Origin: Anthoceros angustus
Lineage: Eukaryota; Plantae; Anthocerotophyta
Direction: 5' to 3'
Length of the DNA: 64,000 bases
Assembly: GCA_010909165.1 (NCBI GenBank)
Contig: VJWM01000328.1
Coordinates: 1-64,000, forward strand
The number at the start of each line of letters is the position of its first letter. Positions within the stretch are counted from its first letter, which is position 1. Below the pieces are notes generated by a model. That model saw only the letters and a program-made list of their open reading frames with translations, was not told the DNA's origin and did no database searches. Both the position numbers and the translations under genes were made by a program. This document shows positions 53,770-64,000 of the stretch, piece by piece.

Positions 53770-54120
53770 ACGCCGGCATGCCGGCGCCCTTACTTCGGTA
53801 TCCCAAGGTCGGAGACACCCTAGCACGTTGGGTGGTGTGGAAGCCCGTTCTGAGGGAAGAGTGGACAGACGGCAGGGCGCCGGCATGCCGCGCCCGCTGG
53901 GCACATGGGAAGAGGCGCCGGCATGCGCGCCGACATGGGGAAGGGGCCGGCATGCCGCCTGGCACATGGGAAGAAGGGGCCGGCATGCGCGCCCGCCGCT
54001 TACAGGGGGCATGCCGGCCGCCCCGACGCAGCGCCGGCATGCGCGCCCGTCGACCATTCTGAGGGCGCCGCGCCGCGAGGACGATGGGGAAGAAGGGAGC
54101 CGCCGGCATGCCGGCGCCCA
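53770..54120. repeat. Cluster of GCCGGCATGC motifs (array 2)
   Basis: About eight copies, two of them full palindromes, just upstream of the ParB-like domain. Confidence 0.85.
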
Positions 54121-54339
54121 CCCTTCCAAGGAGGGGGTCCATACTCCCAGCGACTCCTCACCACTTCACAAAAGGCAGAAAACAGGCAAAGGGATGGCAG
54201 GAGTAACAGAACACAATCTGGAGTAGTCGAGGGGACGCAAAGTCGGAAGACAGGCAAGCGCGGCACCAGACCATCCGACAGCAATGAGATTCAAACTCTT
54301 CATGTGGAAACCGACAGTGAGCGCTTGGCGGCGTCGCAC

Positions 54340-56322
54340 ATGGAGGAAGACTATCTGACGAATGTTCGACAGTCTGCATACTCCAAAAAGGTTGTTCCCG
54401 AAACTGTTTTGGTAAAACTGGAAAATTTGCGCCCAGCTTCCTTCCTGACCCCTGATGCCCAGATCCGGAAAGTTGATGAGGCATGGGCCAATTATCTTGC
54501 TCGCGTCATTGCTAAGGGGAGGATTGAAGAAGGAGTGCTTCCTCTTCTATGTATGATTGATCCTGCAGTGCGAGGACATTGAATTGATTGGGAAAGGTTT
54601 AGGCGAAGAAGTATGTCATGGGCGTATTAGGTGGAAACCATACCCACGGACCATGAGGCACCTTGCGGATATCTCACCGGGAAGGCGATTGGATCGAAGC
54701 CCATGTGTATTGTGGCCTAACTGTCTCGAGATGAGGATTGCCACCGATCACAACCGGATGGCGGACAAGCGAAGAAGATGAATTTTATTGAGCGGTTCGG
54801 TATCTCGGGATGAGTTGCGAGATAGCTAAGCGGGATCATGTCATCATGTCCATGAACTGGAAATTCAATCTCTACAAGGTGCTTGGTTTGATTGAAGACG
54901 ATGAAGGCCGAAGATGAGCAAGACAAGCGCAATACAAGGTGGACAACAACCCATATCATGCATTGCAAAACTAGAGGGTAAGGTCCGGGAGAATGTGGAC
55001 AAAATTTTTCAAGTGGGAAGCGGTGAGCTACCCGAGCGAAGCATGTCGCAGAGAACAAGCAAAAGAGCAAAGGTAAGCGGAAGGCAACACGAGACAAAAC
55101 AAGTTGATGGAGTTTTGTGAAGCCCAAAGAGATGCGAGGGAAGCCGTGGCGAAGCTTTCAAGGAATCCCTTCGGAGTCGGGACAGATGTTGATAAGTGCC
55201 ACGGAGAAAGTCGACCGCCTCTTGGACCTGAATCTAATGTCAAGGAAGTTACACTCGGAAGAAATTTCACGTCATTCGTGGCAATGGCAAAACATCCGGG
55301 TTGTGACTCATTCAAATGGTGAGACAAGAATACCCTCAACACTCGACGGTTATTGCAAGATTTCAAACCGCATTTGAGGGCAAGGTAACCATATTTCCTT
55401 CCATTCCGTGCGATTGTGAGGCGCGCCGCCCCCGCTCGCCTTCCTCCTCACGCTAACCCATGATGTTTGCCATTCCATGCACAAGTGAAAGATGTTGAGG
55501 ACCTAAAGAAATTACGATGATTTTCAAGCCTTTATTCTCGAGGTCCATACATGGAAGGGACTTGAAAATGAGCAAAAGAGCGCTAGTGATATGGACATGG
55601 AGGAAGGGCTTCAATCGTTCACGGTGCCAAAAGCAGAGGACATTGTCAAGTACGGTCATTTCTAGAGATGCGGCAGATATGAGGGGTTTCTAAGGGTCCA
55701 AGTACACCACGATGGTCATGGACATGGAGGATTCAACAGAGGTAAACATGATGTGAAGTTAGACCACTTTCAATTGGGAAAAATATTTCACCTGCTCCAT
55801 GACATGACCATGCCAGAGATGAGAATGATAGTGATGCATGGTGTTGAAGAGCGGCATGTTGTGAGGGAGGCCATGCGAAAGTGGTGCAGGGAGGAGGGTT
55901 GGTGTCTTTGTATGGGACAAGCGAACATGCACAACGACTTGGGTGGGTATGACACTATGGAGTACATCACGATAGGATGGGGGTTAACATCGAGTCAAAG
56001 GTCAAAAATCGCATGATCCCTACTAACATCCATGGGTCTTTCAATAATGGGCGGTCATTGGCCACCCTACAATGGTGAAGAAGTTGTTGTACACATCATT
56101 GGACAAGCTGGTGTGCACTTACCAAAGGCCTTTGGCTTTGATGATGAAGCTCATCAAAAGTTTCTCGAAGGAGGGACTGGATTTTGGATGTTTGTCTTTG
56201 GTAGCGGTCAACAACATTGGCGGCTTTGCTCATGGGCGAATCGCATTGCAATCGAGGTGGACAAGAGGTGCGCAGAGTTCATTCCCGGAGAATCCATGGG
56301 TATGAAGTTCTCCCCACGGTAA
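54340..56322 (+). pseudogene. ParB/Srx-like domain plus beta-class N4C/N6A DNA methyltransferase (copy B), frameshifted
   Basis: IRKVDEAWANYLARVI...VLPLLCMIDP...VLGGNHT. Then MVMD-GFNRGKHD, FVWDK, MEYITIGW, YQRPLALMMKLIKSFSKEG-DWILD-FGSG...IAIEVD. Confidence 0.8.
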
Positions 56323-57023
56323 GAGGAGTTGAATCATGAGCCACATCGGGACCCACCCGCCTGGGCAAAAGAGGTTAGTTTGTCCGAGAAGGATGGGTCA
56401 CATCGCGAGTTGTGCGTTTGGCCGCCAGAATGAAGGAGAAGTCCGGCGACTCCTAGGCGATGGGCAGGACACGGGTATGGTCAACACGACTCAAAGATCG
56501 GGCACTGGAGATGACCATGCCTCAAGACAATGCCATGGAGGAAATTGACAACTTTGAGGACACGAACGCTCGACTAAAAGGACTTGAAGTTGTGATGGAT
56601 GGCGATGTCTGGACAATTTCCTCAGGAAACTCAAACGGCATGGAAGACCATTGTACTTAGGTTCCATCAATCCCGCCTCTTATGACATAGACATGTTTGG
56701 AACATTATAATATGAGGGTAGTCGCCGCATACCCCCCCCCCTTCTTTCCTTCTCGCATAATACATGAAAAAGCTGCTTTGGGGTTCTCCATATCACGTCG
56801 TAGTTAAAGTACCGCTTGTTATGCGCGGCCGCATGCCCGGACCTTATCCACCATTACCCTGCGTTTAAAAACACGTAATCAATCATTCAACCAAGGCTCT
56901 GCCTTACATCGCTCGGACACACACACGAAACGGCATGGTTATCACATATTTTCCTAAGCGGCTTCTTTTCGGGTGGAAGCGGCTTTGTATATTGAGCCGC
57001 TTCAAATATTATGCTGTTAGGGC

Positions 57024-57690
57024 TATGGCTGGAGTGGAAGACAATAGACAGCGGTTAAGAACTTCCACAGAAATCTTCAATGCGTTGCAGCTATCTTGGT
57101 GGGATGGTTTTTGGGAGGAGCAGTTGGCAATAGCGGGTTTAGTAGCGTCAGGTCATCTTCGTCCATTGGAAATGGCATGGACATGGTATAACCGGGAAGC
57201 GCATGCTCAAGAACCTCCCGTGATGTTTCCTACAAGTAGTGGTGGATGCAAAGACTAGCAAGACGGTTTGGACAGACCGAGAGATTTATCGGTGCCTCAT
57301 AGGATCATGAAGCGGAACGGTTGGAACAACAAGCCGAGGATCTTATCGAGATCCAAGCGGCATGATGATTGCGGTCCAGCCGCAGATGACCACGAGGCGG
57401 CCTTTACGGCTAGGCAAGGTTGTGGAGGTGGACCATGAAGTCGCCGACCCCAAGCACAAATCCACCGGTGGCGCACGTAAACCCTAATGCACTTGAGGGT
57501 AGGTACTGAGGAAGCGAGTACCCCACCAGCAGTCACAGGAAAGGTAGGCGCGAATCCTTTGAAGAAACATGTCCAAGCCATCAAGCTTTTGGAGACCACG
57601 ATCATGGGTTACGATTTTGTGTTGACGAGGAGCAAGGACTTTAAGCAAAAACACCATGGATATGTTGAAGAGGAAGGTCTTTGAGTTCTG
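57024..57690 (+). pseudogene. Transposase A, C-terminal part displaced by element B
   Basis: MAGVEDNRQRLRTSTEIFNALQLSWWDGFWEEQLAIAGLV aligns with copy C REGVDHLKKGLIKLPTYLTTAEEEWWTDLRNDQVEIANIV. KKHVQAIKLLETTIMGYDFVL aligns with copy B PPNIQTIFVRKTVIVYYGFKL. Confidence 0.75.
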
Positions 57691-60682
57691 GCGAGCCTAG
57701 TGAGGAAGCGGTATGGCTGCCTCCTGGATGGTGAAACCGTGATGAGCGGATTGATTGGGCACAGACAACATTGAATCCTCATGCATCTCTGATTATTTGG
57801 TGGACTTGATGGCGGTGTGGACTCCGAGGAGCCGGATCCTAACCCACCTAGAATTAATTTTGATGTTGGCTGAGAGAGAGCCGAGGTCATGAGCGATTTC
57901 CTAGTTATGTGAAGGTGGTTTGTTTTATTAGGATGTGTGCTCCTCTTTTGGAGTGTTGGCAAGCAGTGGTTGAGTCTCGTGGCTTCTCCAGGACATCCAG
58001 GCACTTGTAACACGTATCATGTTTTGTAAGGTTTCACACTTATCCGGTGTATGGCTGGTGTACCCCGTTTTTTTGCATGCGAGTACGTTCGACAATTGTA
58101 TGTAGGATGGGAAGGAATGGGGAGACGAGCGAACCTCCTCCGGCCGTACTCCCCCTCTTGCCCCTCACTCTCCTTTTATTTTCCATCACGCTCAAGAACT
58201 GCGCTTCGGTTGGCGATCCCTGGCGGCTCTTGAGTGCCCAGGGGTGAAGCGGGCGTGAGTGGCCTTGGGTGGCCGGCAGTGGTGCGTGTTGGTTGAGGGC
58301 ACCATTTGCGAGGCGCTTATCGGGAGATTGGAAGCTGAGAGGCTTCGCCTGCCGGTGCAGTGTGGCGCCCGCCCGCTTGCTGCTTACACCTGGCTGGTGC
58401 AACAAGCAGCTGCTGCTACTAACCACGGACTTGTGGCACCACCCGCCTTTATGCAGGCTAGTTCTCTGATTGCGATGAGAACGAGGCGGCGGCTACCACC
58501 ACGGTGACATCTGACATCGCAGTCAAGAGGGCTAGGAGGAAGACCTCTCGGGCTGGGCCTCAGGTCCAACACGCGAGGCAATGCTTTTGTTAGGCGATCC
58601 GGGCTTCGTGGGCACCCATTTTCCTCACCCCAAACTGACTGTTGGTTCCGGAAGGGAGGTGGGTGTGAGGTGGCCTTAAGGGAGCCGCTAGGGGTGTGGA
58701 CCCTTCCAGAGGGATGAGGGTGGAAAGCCAAGGATATATAACCAGGACCTCTCACTTGCCGGGAGGAGGTGAAGGCAAAGTGAGCTCTGAAGATTCGTAG
58801 ACCATATTTGGCGGTGAGGAGATCGGGAGTTGTCTCTGGAGGTTGGATGCGAAGGCGTATGGGCGCTGAGAAGGAGGGAGGAGTTAGCTCGTGATGGTCG
58901 CAGCGGCACTGACCCAAAAAGGCTTGGCGGCCAGTGGAGGGAGCGGCCAAGTGAAGGCGAGGCAGTGAGGATGGCAAGTATGGTTTACGGCCTTACGAGA
59001 TTCTTATATGGCCGCAGTGTTTTCCATCCTTCTTTGTTGCTTGTGTGTTCTGCGGATATTTGATGGTGTTGATCAGTGCTAAATGGCACATCTGGTTTGA
59101 GTGCCGCTAGTGTTGGTTTCTTGTTCGATGGTGCACATTGGTGTACGAAATTATGCAACGAGACTAGCCTAGGAATGAGCACTATTGGTTTTGGTTTCCT
59201 ATAGCAGGATGCTCACTATCGAATAGTGCTTTTGTTGAATCCTTTACACACACTTTGGTCTTTGACGGGTACATCGTTTAAAGCATGGTCAATATGGGCA
59301 TTGTGTGGCTGGTGCTCACCGGACATCCGGGTTTTGGCCAACTGCTTTTCTCGCCTTGTCCCCTGCTTCATTGCTCATGACAAAGACTTGCGGTGTTTAT
59401 CCCTTTTATAAGTAAATCACTGCTAGGGTCTGCCTAGTCTAGTGTTCGTTTTAAGCTCGCCTTGTGTCGTGTATTTTGGATGGCAAATGCGAGAAGGCGA
59501 TTAGTTAGTTTACATTTGGCTAAATTATACATCTAATTCACCACTTGGATACCAAATGACATGTGTTGATGCATTTGTTGTATTATGTATAGTGACATGT
59601 AGAGACATATTGAACTTGAACTTTCACGTTGCTACATATTTAAAGACACCGTGGGATGTCCGACATGAGGGGCATGTGAAGGAAATGAAATGTATCCACA
59701 ACATTAGTCTCGTCGACTTTGGCCCTTAGTACATATATTCAAAAGCGTCACAAACTTGGCGATTTTGAAAGACTAACCGATTTTGGAAAAGTGTCCTTGA
59801 AAGTGCTGAAAACGCTGGTATTTTCAAACTTGATCCAACCGAGGACCATTATTTGCAAGATCAAATGGCATGATAAAGCTAGAAATGGTGTTATGAAAAA
59901 CCCTGGGTTATCTGCGATGTGTGTTTTTTGACCCTTGTGTCTGGAAAAACCCACGAAATCACGATTTGATTTGATTTGATTTCAAATGTAAAATTTGGTC
60001 ATTTCGACCTCTGTCTCTAAAAAGAGGGGTGTGTCTCCAGGTCTTAGGAGACCTTGTTAATTAGTGGGCGCACTTCTTCAGGAAGAAGTAACAGAGGATG
60101 CTTTAAGCCTGCAAACAGCAAGCTTTGTACACCAACAATAAAGGAAAGGGCAAAGCCCAACTTCGTGAGGTGAGATGAATACCTCGAAGCAGCTCACAAG
60201 GAGCTTCTACGTACGCAAGCCCAAGAAGGTCGAAAATGCCACTGTGCCAAATTCCGTGCCATTGGGAGACCGAGTGTCGAAAGAAGGGCCCCGAGTACCG
60301 CAAGGAGGGCAACTCCACTTCACGCATACACGTTGTGGTGACCAAACAGGCTCACCGCAATTTCACCGTAGGGACGGGAGTTTTCTTCTCACCCTCTCAT
60401 AACCCCACATGCTTGCCTCGCAAATACCAAGGCAAACCCATACAGAGTGGTTCCTTGATACAGTGCAATGCACATCCGTTCGGCTGAAGTTCATTCGGGC
60501 ATACAGTTAGTTAGTTCGCATTTGTTTACCTAGGTGACGATAGCGGTGCTTGTCGGTGTTGTGATCAAGCTACCGATCCTTCGGGCATCACGCCTGTTGG
60601 CGTATTTGCATCATGTGTCTAAATGACACTGTAAACAGTTAGAAGGAGATGGAACATGGATAATCATAGTCACATCGGGATG

Positions 60683-62710
60683 GCATAATATTTGAAGCGG
60701 CTGAATATACACCAAGCGCTCCGAGGTATTTAAACCGGGAAGGGTGTTTTTGATGGTTGTGAATACACCCTTTTGGGATGTAATTGCCAAATTCGCATTG
60801 AAAAGCGGGTTTAATCATAGTCATGGCATCTTCCTTTCCACGGACCACTAGTAGAACGGTGGTACCGTTGCTGCGACATTTTACGAGGAATAATACCCAT
60901 GGGCTCCCCATCCTTGCGGGTGCAAAATACTTGCCTCCGTGATTTTCGTGCCATTCATTCCAATCATTGTAAAAGAGCGGCGATGATCGTGTTTGAAATC
61001 ATATTCACGGAACTAAGGAGTGCCATCCGGTCTTTGAAATAATGTTGTAACGCTGAACGCGCCGTTAGAGGCATGGCGCCGCATGCCGGCGCCGTCAACC
61101 GAATGCCGGCCACCATGGAGTTGGATCAAGTGTACATCAACATTGATACCGATTAGTGGATCATGATTACGACATGCACTGGTGGATTGTGAAACAACGG
61201 TCAATGCTCATCAACGCCTAAATGCGTCATATCGAAGGGGTTTTCACTAGTGAAAGGCAACCATACATGCGGGATGGTATGCGGCCGACGGAAGTATGTC
61301 CACGAGAAGGCGAGGTTTGGAAGGAACTCAATGCCGGCATGATGTCACACGCTTGTCTTAACAAAGATTTCAAGCGAAAGTAATATATTGTCGCGGCATG
61401 TTATCATGAAACTATAATCCAGTCGCGGCATGTTATCATGAAACTAGGTGCGGAGTTGTTCCACACTTATTCCCAAACCCAAAACTAATGACATTACTCC
61501 TCGCCTGAATCGAGACCCTCACCCCCTCCTTCAATGACGTCATTACCATCATTGTCACTCTCCATCGCCTCATTGGAAGTGCATTGGAGGTGCATTCGGA
61601 GAGCACTCACTTTTCCTTTATAGCTTTTTATCCGCTTGCATGAGATGTTTCGGAAGTTAGTTTAAAACCATAGTATACTATAACGGTTTCCGCACAAACA
61701 ACTTTTGGATGTTTGGAGGTCTTTGCTCTTTCTTTTCGCAGTGGCTCTCTCCATTCCACTCCTCAAAATACTCCCCAACATATTTGCCCTCGTAAGCATC
61801 GGTGTGGTCCGTTCGCCACGTGCACAAGTATATAGGGTTGGTGAGATGGACATTAAGAACCTTCGCTACCTGCATATGTGTCGCCACACGCGTCACAATG
61901 AACATTCCTTTCTCTATCTCCGTGATATTGCCATTCATCCTCTCCATTTCCTCCTCCGGCGTCGATACTTTGATAGGCCCCTGTGCATGGCCCTTTGTGG
62001 TATTTCGCGAACAAAGCCTCATCCAATCGCTTCATCCATATTCGCATTGGAGGAACGCAGCTCACCACGCCTGCCGTACCATCTCCGTGGGTTATGCGAC
62101 AAGTCCAATGTTATGGTCTACAATATTTGCGATTTCAACTTGATCATTCCGTAAATCCGTCCACCATTCTTCCTCCGCAGTAGTCAAATAAGTTGGTAGC
62201 TTTATCAATCCTTTCTTCAAGTGATCCACGCCTTCACGTGCGTTAAGACCACTTCCCTTTTTGTCTTTTGCCCGCAGTGCCATCAAGGGAGTCGGGCCGA
62301 TGACGGCGTCTGGAACATGAGACAAAAACTCCAGCCCATCTTCGGATTCCCACAATGGCGAGGTAGAGTACTGCTTACTTCGAATGACAGTTACCTTTCC
62401 GCGGCCGACTTTGTCTTCCCGTGTGATTTTGAACTGGTGTTGAAATGATAGGTTGTTCAACTTCCGCACTGCACTGTATTTCACCACAATCCTCGCTCCT
62501 ATAGGCCACACGAATGACCTAAGTCGGCAACCTCTCAACACAATTACCTCTGGATTTGGCGTGAATGACTCCTCAAAATTTCTTGCATTGTAGGCGGGGA
62601 CACAGCCTCTTTATGCTTTAAATGCTTGGAGAAACAAGAGAACATTTGATCTACCGGTCGGTGTGTATGCCCGACAAGAAGGAAACCAACCTTCACTTTC
62701 TCAAACGCCC
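60683..62710 (-). mobile_element. Element C: truncated relative of element B (one TIR-like end plus transposase 3' half at ~61500-62710)
   Basis: ATAATATTTGAAGCGGCTGAATATAC at 60685-60710 (1 mismatch to the B TIR). FEKVKVGFLLVGHTHRPVDQMFSCFSKHLKHKE, FQHQFKITRE, WRTDHTDAYEGKYVGEY...RPPNIQ. Confidence 0.8.
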
Positions 62711-64000
62711 ATTCCGATCCTATGGGTGCGGCACTTGCACCTCTCTTCGAAAAGGGAATCAAGCACTCGCATGAACTCGGCATCATCTCCTTCCCGCACT
62801 TCATCTCCGGAACAGACTCAACATGTTCAAATTTTGTGAATGCCAATTGAACGCAAGCTAGGCGATGACATAATGCTCACCAAGCAAATGAACAAAGCAT
62901 TACCGGCCGCCTTCAGAGTGCGTGCTGCAGATGGTTGCTGGCGTTGTAGCTCGCCGCCACGGCCCAATCGCCCTCCACAGTGACTCCACCGAGCTTCGCT
63001 CTTTTAGTTCATCCTCGCCATCAAAAGAGCTCAAGGTCGTTAAAATAGGAAATGAGTGATTTGAGACCCACAGACACGCCATACCAATGTGCTTTTGCCG
63101 AACTAATGACGGCCGCAAAAAGCAATGCCGCATGGTACGCGCCGCCGGCTCATTTATTCAAAACGACTACCGGATCATTAGGGTGACGGCGTGATGAACG
63201 CGGGCTTCTTAAGGTGCGCCCCGATTAGGGTTTAATGAGAGCCATACCGCCCTCCTCGCCGCCAAGCCCGAAGTTACGTGAATACGCACCGCGCATAACG
63301 GCGAATTCGGAGGCTCGTCCGCTGCGGGATCATTTGGTGTTTGAGGCACAACGATGCTGCGATCTGGAATTCTCGCGTGACGCCATCGCCGCAAGCTCCC
63401 CAACGCTTTCTGACGTGTTTCATTGACGGAGAGGTGTATTTCTTCCCAAAGCGTGGATTTGGTCCTCCGTCCGGATTTGATGATGGTTGTTGGGCGCAGG
63501 ACATGGCGAGGACGCCAAGCAAAAAGGACTGCCGACATTGGACCGCCACATGGTGCCCTACCGAGAAGCCCCAAGGCGTAAGAAGGAAAGAAATGTAAGG
63601 ATGCGTGTTGTTGAGAAGATCCACCCCGATGATTAGGGTGCCGGCTCTGGAAGCCAATCATTGCACCGGAGGAGCATCTTGTTGGGGAGCGGGAGAGGAG
63701 GAACAAAGTGGTCGCCTGCAAAGGCAAGCACAACCAAAGCAACGGGGCGTGTGGAGAAGCGTGGTATATCCAGAACACGCCGTGTGTTCCGCACTAAACC
63801 CATCCCCCTACACGATGTCGAGACGGTGCAGCCCGAGGCACACAACCAAGGACACCTCGGAGCAAGATTGATTTTGACAGATCAAGAGCCGGACGAAGAC
63901 AATGTAGTGTGGACTCCTATGTCAAGCTCGATTTTTGGGTATAACGGTGCCGCAAACCAAAGAGCAAGAGCAAAGTTGGGTTTTGTGGGCAACTATGGAT

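Larger units (their letters stand above)
47540..57023. mobile_element. Element B: ~9.5-kb TIR DNA transposon nested in the transposase gene of element A
   Basis: 28-bp perfect inverted repeat ATAATATTTGAAGCGGCTCAATATACAA at 47561-47588 / 56985-57012. Termini GTCCTGACAG / (rc) GCCCTAACAG. TAT(G) is duplicated at 47537 and 57024. Transposase A resumes beyond 57024. Confidence 0.85.
35909..60058. mobile_element. Element A: 24,150-bp TIR DNA transposon (Sola-like), ~14.7 kb without nested element B
   Basis: 17-bp perfect TIRs AACAAGGTCTCCTAAGA (35909-35925) / TCTTAGGAGACCTTGTT (60042-60058). AATT is duplicated at 35905-35908 and 60059-60062. Excision restores gag KTTFAELVGALLQEE. Confidence 0.9.
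33957..60320 (+). mobile_element. Ty1/copia element 5' part (LTR, PBS, extra ORF, gag) interrupted by DNA element A; 3' part missing
   Basis: LTR-like segment ends ...TTTCCACA at 34180 and is followed by tRNA-Met-type PBS TGGTATCGAGCC. Gag runs 35286-35908 (FGGTDYDIWVLRM...LMSLPESW), resumes at 60063 (VGALLQEE) and has a zinc-knuckle remnant (CQIP.HWETECRKK, ~60240-60290). The LTR start (33957 or 33977) is uncertain. Confidence 0.85.

Noticed and set aside
37930-56322. Bacterial restriction-modification or plasmid contamination
   Set aside because: The modules lie within TIR elements inserted, with a target duplication, into a plant copia gag contiguous with intron-containing plant genes. 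No operon structure or restriction enzyme was seen.
35909-60058. Single palindromic composite element with two transposases and two MTases
   Set aside because: The inner TIR pair, the TAT(G) duplication and the split transposase A show that B is a nested insertion.
62710-64000. ORF fragments at the window end
   Set aside because: No identifiable motif; the adjacent sequence is needed.
1-64000. tRNA/rRNA genes
   Set aside because: None recognised by eye; tRNAscan-SE/Infernal were not run.

Overview
This is eukaryotic plant nuclear DNA. The very short introns and compact genes suggest a non-seed land plant or streptophyte (inference). Positions 1-8.5 kb hold transposon debris: a Ty3/gypsy integrase and a MULE/SWIM-type remnant. 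Positions 9-23.6 kb form a clean gene island with CTNNBL1, a short TM-type tRNase Z, LST8, a small organellar PPR protein, mitochondrial ATP synthase subunit f, and an AT-rich 6-exon gene that the ORF track misses. Positions 24-64 kb are a nest of mobile elements. First main result: a Ty1/copia gag is split by a 24,150-bp TIR DNA element (A, 35909-60058, AATT target duplication). A's transposase is itself split by a related 9.5-kb TIR element (B, ~47540-57023), and a third, truncated relative (C) follows at ~60.7-62.7 kb. A and B each carry a Sola-like DDD transposase and, divergent from it, a ParB/Srx-like domain joined to a beta-class amino (N4C/N6A) DNA methyltransferase. Second main result: a gypsy-like retroelement at 27-30 kb carries a C5-cytosine methyltransferase between protease and RT. 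Nearly all TE genes are frameshifted in this sequence. Some of that may be long-read consensus error, so their intactness cannot be judged here.
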